From Candidatus Saccharibacteria bacterium oral taxon 488 (GTDB taxonomy: Bacteria > Patescibacteriota > Saccharimonadia > Saccharimonadales > Saccharimonadaceae), in assembly GCA_010202845.1 (NCBI GenBank), contig CP047921.1, positions 150,001 through 182,000 of the forward strand: 32,000 nt of DNA, given 5' to 3'. A program made the position numbers and the translations under genes. Shown piece by piece: positions 16,980-25,412 of this stretch. Numbering within the stretch: the stretch's first letter is position 1; every line of letters starts with the position of its first letter. The notes below the pieces were generated by a model. The model was not told where the DNA came from. It saw nothing but the letters and a program-made list of their open reading frames with translations, and searched no databases.

Positions 16980-18616
16980 TGACATTATTTGAGCAGATTT
17001 TGACAGCGCGAGGCCTGACGACGCGGGCAGCGCGCGAGGCTTTTTTGCAGCCGGATTATACGGCGGTGAAGCATGATCCGTTTTTGCTGCCGGACATGAA
17101 AAAGGCGGTGGCGCGGTTGAGGCAGGCGTGGGAGCACGGTGAAAAAATCGTCATCTACGGTGATTATGATATTGATGGGCTGAGTGCCACGGCGCTGCTG
17201 CTGGATGCGTTTGGCAAGTTTGGTTTTGAGGACGTCGACGCTTTCATCCCAAATCGGTTTGTCGAGGGCTATGGTATGACTATGGGTGCGGTGGACAAGG
17301 TGCGTGATATGGGCGCGGACTTGATTGTGACGGTGGATACTGGTAGTTTGTGCCATGCGGAAATTGCATATGCTAAGAGTCTGGGGATTGATACGGTGGT
17401 GACGGATCATCACAACGTTGCCGAAACGCCACCGCCGAGTGTGGCAGCGGTGAATCCGAAATTTCCAGGGCACAACTATCCGTTTCGTGATTTGTGCGGT
17501 GCGGGCGTGGCGTTCAAGCTGGTGCAGGCGCTGCAGACTGAGCTGGATGGTTTGCCGGATGGTTATGAAAAATGGCTGCTGGATTTGGTGGCGCTGGGGA
17601 CGGTGTGTGATATCGTGACGTTGTCTGATGAAAATCGGGCAAATGTGTATTGGGGTCTGGAGGTGTTGAAAAAACAACAACGTCCAGGACTGAAAGCGTT
17701 GATGGCGGTGGCGGGTATTGAACCGGGGCAGGTTAATGCCAGGCATCTGGGGTTCGGCTTGGGGCCGCGGATGAATGCAGCGGGGCGGTTGGAAACAGCG
17801 CAGCACGCGTTGGATATGCTGACGGCGCGCGATGGGCTGGCGGCACTGGAGGCGAGTGAGAAGTTGGAGGAGTTAAATGTTAAGCGGCGTGGTATTCAGG
17901 ACGCGATTTTTGAAGAAGCGTGTATGCAAGCTGAGGAGCTGGCTGATGATCGAGTGTTGGTGGTGAGTAGTGATGGTTGGAATCACGGTGTTATCGGCAT
18001 CGTGGCGTCGAAACTGGTGGAAAAATATAAAAAGCCAGTGTTTATCATTGGCGAGCGCGGCGAGGAAGCAACGGGTTCGGCGCGCAGTTTTGGTGATTTT
18101 TCAGCGGCCGATGCAGTGCGGGCGGCGGATGACATTATTATCAAAGGTGGCGGGCACGGAGCGGCAGCGGGCGTGACGCTAGCAACTAAAAAGATTGGTG
18201 ATTTTCGTCGTCGCGTGAATGAGTTTTATGATTCGCTGCAACTAGCAAATCAAGAGCGATATTTGCTGCCGCGAGCTGATGTAGAAATTGATGATTTTTC
18301 GGAAATTGATGAGGAATTGGTGGCAAATCTGGCGAAAATGGAGCCATTTGGCAATGGTAATCCCGAACCAGTGCTAAAAATTACCAGGGCATCAGTTTTG
18401 AGCATGCGACGAATGGGCGCGGACGGGCAACACGTTAAATTAGCGCTGCGTGATAAAAATGGTAAAGTGTTGCAGATGCTGGCGTTCAACGCGCCAGAGG
18501 AGTTTTTCCGCGAGCCAGGCGACGAGGTGGCGGCGTGGTTCCAGCCGACCATCAACGAATGGCAGGGAGTGCGGACGGTCGAGGGGCGGCTCGTTCACGT
18601 GGCTTTGTTTGATTGA
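16976..18616 (+). CDS. recJ: Single-stranded-DNA-specific exonuclease RecJ
   Basis: DHH family motifs (YGDYDIDG, VTVDTG, VVTDHH) and DHHA1 GGGHGAAAG. Confidence 0.95.
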   Translation: MMTLFEQILTARGLTTRAAREAFLQPDYTAVKHDPFLLPDMKKAVARLRQAWEHGEKIVIYGDYDIDGLSATALLLDAFGKFGFEDVDAFIPNRFVEGYGMTMGAVDKVRDMGADLIVTVDTGSLCHAEIAYAKSLGIDTVVTDHHNVAETPPPSVAAVNPKFPGHNYPFRDLCGAGVAFKLVQALQTELDGLPDGYEKWLLDLVALGTVCDIVTLSDENRANVYWGLEVLKKQQRPGLKALMAVAGIEPGQVNARHLGFGLGPRMNAAGRLETAQHALDMLTARDGLAALEASEKLEELNVKRRGIQDAIFEEACMQAEELADDRVLVVSSDGWNHGVIGIVASKLVEKYKKPVFIIGERGEEATGSARSFGDFSAADAVRAADDIIIKGGGHGAAAGVTLATKKIGDFRRRVNEFYDSLQLANQERYLLPRADVEIDDFSEIDEELVANLAKMEPFGNGNPEPVLKITRASVLSMRRMGADGQHVKLALRDKNGKVLQMLAFNAPEEFFREPGDEVAAWFQPTINEWQGVRTVEGRLVHVALFD

Positions 18617-18743
18617 TGTGGTAATTACAACTTTTGTTTGAATGTAGCAACTAGTCGCTTGAGCATGGTAGATTTTTCGTTGTGAAATTAGCAACGATGT
18701 TATGTATCGAAACTACGCGCTTCCCTCCGGTAATGTCAGTAAC

Positions 18744-18772
18744 TTGACAAATAACAAAAAAGAGAGTAGCAT
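18744..18772 (+). promoter_or_regulatory. Putative promoter of the AT-rich orphan gene
   Basis: TTGACA (18744-18749), 17 nt, TAGCAT (18767-18772). Confidence 0.5.
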
Positions 18773-18816
18773 GAATTCGTAATATAAAATTTGCTAAACA
18801 CAAGAGGGAAACAAAC

Positions 18817-19422
18817 ATGACACAAAATTATGAGCATACCGATGGCAATGGAAGTCCAAATCCAAACGCTGCTAATTGGGCCGAGGTCGATAGGGAGAAT
18901 GGACCAGTTCATCTGGACTTATCTACATTAGATTTTTCTAAAGTAAAAGATACTTATAGTAAGATCAAAGATCCCAATAAGGCTATTGAGGTTGAGATTT
19001 CAGAAACCACTCAGAAGGTAGAAACAGTTATCACAGAAGAAGACGGAACAGAGCGAGTTGAGACGGTTAATATAGCGAATCCTGGTGATGCAATCGTTAC
19101 GGGCGAGAAAGGCGAGCGTTATATTATAAATGCCAAAGATTTTCATAACCTCTATGAGCCACTTACGGAAGAGAATGGTGTAGCTGCTAATGGTAAGTAT
19201 TTGCCTAAAAATGTTGTGAAGTGTATGGAGAACCCAGAGGGTAAAGAGATTGTCATTGATGCGCCGTGGGGTGGTCAACAGACAGGTGGGGCTAATTGCA
19301 TAATTGTAGAAAGTCAAATTGAGAACAGTAATGGTGAAAAAGAAAGATATATTATTGAAAGAGGTGCGTTTGAGGCAACATACAAAAAAGATAGCCAAAC
19401 CTCTGAAGAAGAGCAGCTTTAG
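18817..19422 (+). CDS. Hypothetical protein (AT-rich, stand-alone transcription unit)
   Basis: 201 aa with SD AGAGGGA, its own promoter and terminator. No family recognised. Visibly more AT-rich than its neighbours. Confidence 0.65.
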   Translation: MTQNYEHTDGNGSPNPNAANWAEVDRENGPVHLDLSTLDFSKVKDTYSKIKDPNKAIEVEISETTQKVETVITEEDGTERVETVNIANPGDAIVTGEKGERYIINAKDFHNLYEPLTEENGVAANGKYLPKNVVKCMENPEGKEIVIDAPWGGQQTGGANCIIVESQIENSNGEKERYIIERGAFEATYKKDSQTSEEEQL

Positions 19423-19447
19423 TTGGCTGGGCTAAAATTAGTTGCCG

Positions 19448-19485
19448 GACGCCGCACGGATAAATATCGGGTGGCGTCTTTTCGT
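19448..19485 (+). terminator. Rho-independent terminator
   Basis: GACGCCGCAC..GTGGCGTC hairpin followed by TTTTC. Confidence 0.55.
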
Positions 19486-19514
19486 GCTCAGTCTAACCGA
19501 TCTTAGATGCTAAT

Positions 19515-19543
19515 TTGTCAAATATTTTCTCATCTGTTATAAT
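19515..19543 (+). promoter_or_regulatory. Sigma70-like promoter of rpsU
   Basis: TTGTCA (19515-19520), 17 nt, TATAAT (19538-19543). The ATG follows only 9 nt later with no SD. Confidence 0.65.
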
Positions 19544-19552
19544 GCAAAAAGT

Positions 19553-19771
19553 ATGGTTCAAGTTACACGTAAAGATCAGAAGGAAGCGAACGAGAATGTG
19601 ATTCGTCGCTTTAATCGCAGGGTGCTGCAGAGCGGTGTCCTTGCGCGGGCAAAGTCGGTGATGCGATTTGCCAAGCCGATTTCCAAGGTTGAGCGCCGCA
19701 AGAAAGCTATTATTCGCCGTGAGCGCCGGGCCGAGAAAACAGCCAGAATGCGTATGGGGGCAACGCGTTAA
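19553..19771 (+). CDS. rpsU: 30S ribosomal protein S21
   Basis: Basic 72-aa protein; ..ENVIRRFNRRVLQSGVL..RERRAEK.. is typical of S21. Confidence 0.9.
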   Translation: MVQVTRKDQKEANENVIRRFNRRVLQSGVLARAKSVMRFAKPISKVERRKKAIIRRERRAEKTARMRMGATR

Positions 19772-20229
19772 TGTCGGCGCTAAAAGCGCGTATTGCTAAT
19801 GAGATGAAAGCCGCTCTTCTAGGGCGGCATCGTTTTCGGGGTGATGTCCTGCGTAGTTTGAAGGCGGCAATTCTTAATGAGGAGGTGTCGCTCGGTAAGC
19901 GCGACGAGGGCCTAAACGATGCAGAAGTCGAGAAGGTTATTGCCCGTGAAGTTAAAAAACGCAAAGAAAGTGCCGCGTTATACTGGGCAAATGGCCGGGC
20001 GGAACTAGCTGAGCCAGAGGAGAAAGAGGCGGCAATTTTACAGGAATTTTTGCCTAAACAGCTGAGCGAAGACGAGATTCGGGCAATGGTCGAGGCAGCG
20101 GTTGCTGATTTGGGTGCGACGATGCAGCAAATGGGTCAGGTGATTGGCGCGGTGAAGACTAAAGCCGGCAATGCGGCTGACGGCGCCTTGATTGCGAAAA
20201 TTACCAAAGAAACGCTAGCAAAACAATAA
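19771..20229 (+). CDS. yqeY: GatB/YqeY domain protein
   Basis: L..I..EMKAAL..........LR.LKAAILNEEV and a C-terminal ..GQVIGAVKTKAGNAADGALIAKI.., typical of YqeY. TAATG overlap with rpsU. Confidence 0.85.
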   Translation: MSALKARIANEMKAALLGRHRFRGDVLRSLKAAILNEEVSLGKRDEGLNDAEVEKVIAREVKKRKESAALYWANGRAELAEPEEKEAAILQEFLPKQLSEDEIRAMVEAAVADLGATMQQMGQVIGAVKTKAGNAADGALIAKITKETLAKQ

Positions 20230-20251
20230 CAACACAGAAAAGGAGCAAAGG

Positions 20252-20803
20252 ATGATCTTATTATTTGGGCCGCCGGGGGCTGGTAAAAGTATGCAGGGGC
20301 AGATGTTAGCGGCGCGCCAGGGTTGGAAGTGGCTGTCGACTGGCGAGATGCTGCGCCGCAGTAATGATCCGGCGGTGATTGATATTTTACGCTCGGGCGA
20401 GTTGGTAAGCGATGAATTGATTTACCAAGTGTTTGAACAGGCGGTGCAGGAGGCGCGCGATAAAAAATATTCGAATATTATCGTTGATGGTTTTCCGCGG
20501 ACAAAGGAGCAGGCGGCGTGGCTGGATGATTACATGGCGCGGATGAATGAGAAAATTGATACAGTGATTTCACTGGAAGTGCCGGAGGCGGAGATTATGC
20601 GGCGGCTAGAGAAGCGCGGCCGGCTGGAGGACACGCCAGAGGCAATTGCCCGGCGAATGACGATTTATCGGCAAAAAATGTATCCGGTGTTGGGGATTTT
20701 TGCTGAGGCAGGCGTTAGGATTGTTCATTTGGATGGCGTCGGTACGGCTGGCGAAGTGCATGATCGGATTTATGAAGAGGTGGCGTACGCATGCCAACTC
20801 TAA
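20252..20803 (+). CDS. adk: Adenylate kinase (short, lid-less type)
   Basis: P-loop GPPGAGKSMQ, ..STGEMLR.. and ..VDGFPRT.. motifs. Confidence 0.85.
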   Translation: MILLFGPPGAGKSMQGQMLAARQGWKWLSTGEMLRRSNDPAVIDILRSGELVSDELIYQVFEQAVQEARDKKYSNIIVDGFPRTKEQAAWLDDYMARMNEKIDTVISLEVPEAEIMRRLEKRGRLEDTPEAIARRMTIYRQKMYPVLGIFAEAGVRIVHLDGVGTAGEVHDRIYEEVAYACQL

Positions 20804-21558
20804 TTACTGGCGAAAAAACGCCGCAGCAGATGAAGGATATGCGCGAATGCGGGCGGATGTTGGCGACGATTTATGATGAGTTGCGCCAGCGGGTGACGGC
20901 TGGAATGAGCGAGCTGGACGTTAATGCGTTTGTGGATGGGCGAATTAAGGATTTCGGCGCGGAAGCGACATATTTGACAGATGAGGTAAAATTCCCAGGG
21001 GTGATCTGTGTGTCGACCAATGAGCAATTGGTGCACTCATTTCCGACAGGCTATGTGTTTGAGAAGGGTGATGTGGTGAGTTTTGACCTGGTGATCGGCT
21101 ACCGCGGCATGAAAACTGACAGCGCCTTTACCATGGTGGTTGATGAAGAACCGCGTGGTGCTAAAAAACATTTGCTGCACGCGACGGAACAGAGTTTGTA
21201 TGCGGGAATTGATGCGATTTCCGGTGACGGGACGCGCGTTGGCGATATTTCGGCGGGCGTGGAAGCGGTGTTGAAGAAAGCTAAATTGGGTATCATTCGC
21301 GAGCTGGTTGGCCACGGCGTGGGGCTGGAAATGCACATGAGCCCAGAGATTCCAAATTATGGCCGGCGTGGTACCGGGCCAGTGCTGCACGCAGGCGACA
21401 CGATTGCTATTGAGCCAATGGCCAGCCTCGGTAGTGAGAAAATTGTGACCGAGGACGACGGCTGGACGATTAGCTTGAAAGACGGCAGTTTGGGTGCACA
21501 TTTTGAACACACCGTATTGATTACTGAGACGGGTGCGGAGATTTTGACGACACTCTAG
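20791..21558 (+). CDS. map: Type I methionine aminopeptidase
   Basis: Metal ligand context (VSFDL.., ..GHGVG.., ..IAIEPM.., ..HFEHTV). Confidence 0.95.
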   Translation: MPTLITGEKTPQQMKDMRECGRMLATIYDELRQRVTAGMSELDVNAFVDGRIKDFGAEATYLTDEVKFPGVICVSTNEQLVHSFPTGYVFEKGDVVSFDLVIGYRGMKTDSAFTMVVDEEPRGAKKHLLHATEQSLYAGIDAISGDGTRVGDISAGVEAVLKKAKLGIIRELVGHGVGLEMHMSPEIPNYGRRGTGPVLHAGDTIAIEPMASLGSEKIVTEDDGWTISLKDGSLGAHFEHTVLITETGAEILTTL

Positions 21559-21573
21559 GCTATCTGGTATACT
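21544..21573 (+). promoter_or_regulatory. Promoter of ftsA (extended -10), apparently producing a leaderless mRNA
   Basis: TTGACG (21544-21549), 18 nt, TGgTATACT (21565-21573). The ATG at 21580 is 6 nt after the -10 and has no SD. Confidence 0.6.
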
Positions 21574-21579
21574 AAGCAT

Positions 21580-22803
21580 ATGCAAGAACAATCTCGATAT
21601 GTGGTAGGAATTGATGTTGGTACGAAGACCGTGCGCTGCGTGGTTGGGCATATCGGGGAGTCGGGGCTGCCGAACATCGTTGGTGTTGGCGTTAGTGAGA
21701 ATAGCGGCATGCGTAAGGGCGCGGTATCGAACTTGACGGGGCCGGCGGCAGCGATTGACAAGGCGCTTGAGGCGGCCGAACGCATGAGCGGTCATCATAT
21801 TAATGCAGCGGCGCTGAGTGTCAATGGGTCGCACATTCTGAGCACCAAGGCCGATGGTATGATCGCGGTGGGGATGAGTGGCGGTGAAGTGACGGACGAG
21901 GACGTGCTGCGGATTGAGGAGGTAGCAACCACTGGGAAGGTGCCGGCGAATCGAGAGATTTTGGAGATTGTGCCGCATGCCTATCGGCTGGATGGGCAGG
22001 ACAATATTAAGGATCCGGTGGGGATGAGCGGGACGCGCCTGGAGCTACGAGCAAATGTGGTCTCGGGCTTGACGCCGTATGTGGCGAATTTACGCCGCTC
22101 GGCCGAGATGGCGAATGTCACTGCCTCAAGCCTGACACCAAGTGTGTTGGCGGCAGCGCGAGCGGTGCTCAGTGAGTCGCAGATTGAGAACGGCGTGGCG
22201 GTTATCGACATTGGTGGCAGTACAACTGGCGTGGCAGTATTTGAAGAGGGCGACTTGCAGCACGTGGCGGTGATCCCGATGGGAGCGCAGAACGTGACAA
22301 ATGATGTGGCGATTGGGCTAAAGACTGACCCGGAGATCGCTGAGGCAGTCAAATTGGCGCATGCCCGGCTGGGCGGCGGTAAGGCTGGTTGCGTTGATAC
22401 TAAGCATGACAAACAGGTATACACATTTGAACAAAGCGAGATTGATGAGATTGTCGAGGCGCGCTACGAGGAGATTTTCGAGCTAGTCGCCAAAGAATTG
22501 AAGCGGGCCGGCGGCATTGGACGGCTGCCGAGCGGTGTGGTGCTGGTTGGTGGCGGCGCTAAGGTTAAGGATCTGGTCGAATTTGCGAAAAATAGCCTCA
22601 GCGTGGCAGCTAAACTAGGTGTACCGGCAGGATATGCGGGCGTGAGTGACGAGGCGAATGGGCCGGAGTTTGCAGCGGCAATTGGTCTGATGCTCATTGA
22701 CGGGGCAGGGGCCGAGCGGGCTGAGCACGCGCAGAGCAAAGTGGGTTCGGTGACAAAGAAAGCCGGCGGAATGATTAGTCGATTGCTAGCGAGGTTTAAG
22801 TAG
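21580..22803 (+). CDS. ftsA: Cell division protein FtsA
   Basis: Actin-fold motifs (VGIDVGTKTV.., ..VIDIGGSTT.., ..VLVGGGAK..) and position upstream of ftsZ. Confidence 0.95.
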   Translation: MQEQSRYVVGIDVGTKTVRCVVGHIGESGLPNIVGVGVSENSGMRKGAVSNLTGPAAAIDKALEAAERMSGHHINAAALSVNGSHILSTKADGMIAVGMSGGEVTDEDVLRIEEVATTGKVPANREILEIVPHAYRLDGQDNIKDPVGMSGTRLELRANVVSGLTPYVANLRRSAEMANVTASSLTPSVLAAARAVLSESQIENGVAVIDIGGSTTGVAVFEEGDLQHVAVIPMGAQNVTNDVAIGLKTDPEIAEAVKLAHARLGGGKAGCVDTKHDKQVYTFEQSEIDEIVEARYEEIFELVAKELKRAGGIGRLPSGVVLVGGGAKVKDLVEFAKNSLSVAAKLGVPAGYAGVSDEANGPEFAAAIGLMLIDGAGAERAEHAQSKVGSVTKKAGGMISRLLARFK

Positions 22804-22820
22804 GAGCTAGTAGACAAAGA

Positions 22821-22829
22821 TGGTATACT
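22821..22829 (+). promoter_or_regulatory. Extended -10 element (TGgTATACT) upstream of ftsZ
   Basis: Same TGGTATACT sequence as upstream of ftsA. Here it is followed by a normal leader with SD GGGAGAGG. Confidence 0.45.
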
Positions 22830-22856
22830 TGATAAGAGAAAGATAGGGAGAGGAAA

Positions 22857-24047
22857 ATGCCGCAGATTACACCAAGTGAAGTTCAAACGTTTGCCAGTAT
22901 CAAAGTTGTCGGTGTCGGTGGAGCTGGTGGTTCGGCCATCAATCGGATGAAGGATGCGGGGCTCACTGGCGTGCAGTTTATCGCCATGAACACTGATGCT
23001 CAGGCGCTGCACAATTCCAAGGCGGATGTCAAGATTCATCTCGGGCACACTACGACTAATGGGCTGGGTGCCGGTGCTGATCCGATGGTTGGTGAGGCGG
23101 CAGCCAATGAGTCACGCGAGGAGATTCGCCAGGCGCTTGAGGGTGCGGACATGGTGTTTGTGACGATCGGTGCGGGTGGTGGCACCGGATCGGGCGCTGG
23201 GCATATCGTGGCGGAGATCGCTCGCGAGATGGACATCCTAGTGGTTGGTGTGGCGACGCGACCGTTTAGTTTTGAAGGCGAGAAGCGTCGGGTGAATGCA
23301 GACTGGGCAATTACTCACCTGGGCCGCCAGGTTGATACTTTGATTACTATTCCGAATGACCGATTGCTGCAGACGATTGATCGGCGGACGCCGCTGCTCG
23401 AGACGTTCAAGATCGCTGATGACGTGCTGCGCCAAGGTGTGCAGGGGATATCAGAGCTGATTACCGAGCATGGTTTGATTAATCTCGACTTTGCTGACGT
23501 CAAGGCGGTGATGAGTCGGGCTGGTTCGGCGCTGATGGGGATCGGTCGGGCCGATGGCGAGAACCGTGCGGTGCAGGCCGCTCAGCAAGCGATCGAGAGT
23601 CCGCTGATCGAGGTGTCGATTGATGGTGCGAAGGGTGTGCTGTTTAACGTGACCGGCGGTTATGACATGAGCATGGCGGAGATTCAGGAGGCGGCTGAGG
23701 TAATTACCAGCGCGGTCAGTCCTGATGCCAATATTATCTTTGGAGCGACGCTCAAGCCAGAGCTCGAAGACGAGGTGATCATCACGGTTATCGCCACCGG
23801 GTTTGATAGTGAGACCTATCATGATCACGAGGTGAGTTTGACGAGTGAAGCGTCGCATGAATCAGAGACTGAAGTTGATGATGAGGTGGTTGAAGGGATT
23901 GATCTGGAGCTCAGTGAGCAGAGCGGAGCGACGGACTTTACGTCTGAGCAGGAAAATAACATCTGGGATCAGCCAGCTGAGGATGAGGCGGACGAAGATG
24001 ATACGCCGGCCTTCCTTCGCCGCCGCAAAAAGAACAAGGAGGAATAA
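22857..24047 (+). CDS. ftsZ: Cell division protein FtsZ
   Basis: [13 protein letters not shown] and GGGTGSG tubulin signature, with an acidic C-terminal linker and a basic tail. Confidence 0.97.
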   Translation: MPQITPSEVQTFASIKVVGVGGAGGSAINRMKDAGLTGVQFIAMNTDAQALHNSKADVKIHLGHTTTNGLGAGADPMVGEAAANESREEIRQALEGADMVFVTIGAGGGTGSGAGHIVAEIAREMDILVVGVATRPFSFEGEKRRVNADWAITHLGRQVDTLITIPNDRLLQTIDRRTPLLETFKIADDVLRQGVQGISELITEHGLINLDFADVKAVMSRAGSALMGIGRADGENRAVQAAQQAIESPLIEVSIDGAKGVLFNVTGGYDMSMAEIQEAAEVITSAVSPDANIIFGATLKPELEDEVIITVIATGFDSETYHDHEVSLTSEASHESETEVDDEVVEGIDLELSEQSGATDFTSEQENNIWDQPAEDEADEDDTPAFLRRRKKNKEE

Positions 24048-24500
24048 ATGAGCGGATTTAACATTGGTGATAGCCGCGTGATCGAGTCGCGAGAGGTTTC
24101 TGATGGCGTGGCGATTCGCCGCCGCCGCGAGACGCCGGATGGACGGCGTTTCACTACGTATGAACGAGTAGAAAAGCCAAACCTCATTGTGATCAAGAAA
24201 AATGGTAGTCGTGAACTGTTTGACCGAGTCAAGCTCGCGCATGCGGTGCGCCAGTCGGTCGGCAAATTCCTTAAATCCGACGAGGAAGTCGAGTCGATTA
24301 TTACGGCTGTTGAGGATAAATTGTATGCTCTGGGCGCCTCAGAAGTGCCGTCGCGGCAAATAGGCGAGTTTGTGCTGGATGAATTAGCTAAGCGTAACGA
24401 AGTGGCGTACGTACGTTTTGCCAGCGTGTTTCAGAAGTTTGAGACGCTGGATGATTTCGTCAAGATACTAGAACAACGCCGCCAGAAAGGACAAGAATAA
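24048..24500 (+). CDS. nrdR: NrdR-like transcriptional repressor (ATP-cone present, zinc-ribbon cysteines absent)
   Basis: ..RVIESR..IRRRRE....RFTTYE.. and the ATP-cone (..VAYVRFASVFQKF..) align with NrdR. SD AAGGAGG directly upstream fixes the start. Confidence 0.85.
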   Translation: MSGFNIGDSRVIESREVSDGVAIRRRRETPDGRRFTTYERVEKPNLIVIKKNGSRELFDRVKLAHAVRQSVGKFLKSDEEVESIITAVEDKLYALGASEVPSRQIGEFVLDELAKRNEVAYVRFASVFQKFETLDDFVKILEQRRQKGQE

Positions 24501-24757
24501 TGCGAGTCGTTGTCGTATATCGGGCAGAAAGTGATTACGCGCGCCAAGTCACTAGTTTTCTGCATGACTTTAGTCGGCAGACGGGGCATACGATTGAAGA
24601 GCTTGACCCAGATTCGGCTGAGGGCAGCGATTTTTGCCGGACATACGACATCGTTGAATACCCAACCGTTATCGCGCTGAGCGCTGATAGTCAGATGCAG
24701 AATATGTGGCGCGGATTACCGCTACCGACGATTAGTGAGGTGAGTTTTTATGTTTGA
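24500..24757 (+). CDS. Small thioredoxin-fold-like protein without a CxxC motif
   Basis: 85 aa. Beta1 VVVVY and ..YDIVEYPTVIAL.. (cis-Pro region) resemble the Trx fold. No CxxC. Start and stop overlap the neighbouring genes. Confidence 0.5.
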   Translation: MRVVVVYRAESDYARQVTSFLHDFSRQTGHTIEELDPDSAEGSDFCRTYDIVEYPTVIALSADSQMQNMWRGLPLPTISEVSFYV

Positions 24758-25361
24758 TATGCTGCGCAAGTGGCTCTCAAACAAAGATTCAAAACGCCAG
24801 CAGTTCGCAGCATTAGCGCTGCTGCTCGGCAGCGGCTTGGGCTTGTTAGCTTCGTTTGTGCTGTCGATCGAGGCGCTGACGCTTGCTAAAAATTCGCATG
24901 CTGCATTGAACTGCGACTTGAATTCGGTGATAAGCTGCTCGGCGGTGGCAAACCATTGGTCGGCGACACTACTCGGCTTTCCTAATAGTTTTATTGGTAT
25001 GATGACGCTACCAGTGATGGTGACAATTGTGGTGGCGTTGCTAGCGGGTGCGAAGTTCCCGAAGTGGTTTATGTGGGGCGCGCAGCTTGGTGCGGTGGCG
25101 GGCCTGCTGTTTGCTGGTTGGATGTTTTATATGAGTTATGTTGAAATTGGCGCGTTGTGTCCGTGGTGTTTGACGCTGGACGCAGGTATGCTGCTGGTCT
25201 GTTACGGACTGACTAGATATAATGTGGTGACTAGGATGGTTGGCGGTAGGCGTATGAGAAAATTTGTCGACCGGGGATTTGACACGTTCCTGTTGGCGCT
25301 AGTGACCGTTGTGATCGTTGTTGTTATTTTGGCAACATTCGGGCGTGAGCTATTCGCATAA
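24750..25361 (+). CDS. Vitamin K epoxide reductase (VKOR) family membrane protein
   Basis: Several TM helices, loop cysteine pair (NCDLNSVISC) and active-site CPWC in a TM helix. Confidence 0.8.
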   Translation: MFDMLRKWLSNKDSKRQQFAALALLLGSGLGLLASFVLSIEALTLAKNSHAALNCDLNSVISCSAVANHWSATLLGFPNSFIGMMTLPVMVTIVVALLAGAKFPKWFMWGAQLGAVAGLLFAGWMFYMSYVEIGALCPWCLTLDAGMLLVCYGLTRYNVVTRMVGGRRMRKFVDRGFDTFLLALVTVVIVVVILATFGRELFA

Positions 25362-25377
25362 ATTAAGAGTAGGCGTA

Positions 25378-25406
25378 TTGAATAATGGTACTAGTATCCG
25401 TATACT
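25378..25406 (+). promoter_or_regulatory. Promoter of the LiaF-like gene, apparently leaderless
   Basis: TTGAAT (25378-25383), 17 nt, TATACT (25401-25406). The ATG at 25413 is 6 nt after the -10 and has no SD. Confidence 0.6.
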
Positions 25407-25412
25407 AGGCAT

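Noticed and set aside
16985-17806. 273-aa minus-strand ORF antisense to recJ
   Set aside because: It is extremely His/Arg/Gln/Pro-rich, has no start context and lies opposite a conserved gene, so it is a shadow ORF.
21037-21978. 313-aa minus-strand ORF antisense to map and ftsA
   Set aside because: Its composition (R/H/Q/N/P-rich) is typical of a shadow frame of GC-rich coding sequence, and it overlaps two highly conserved genes.
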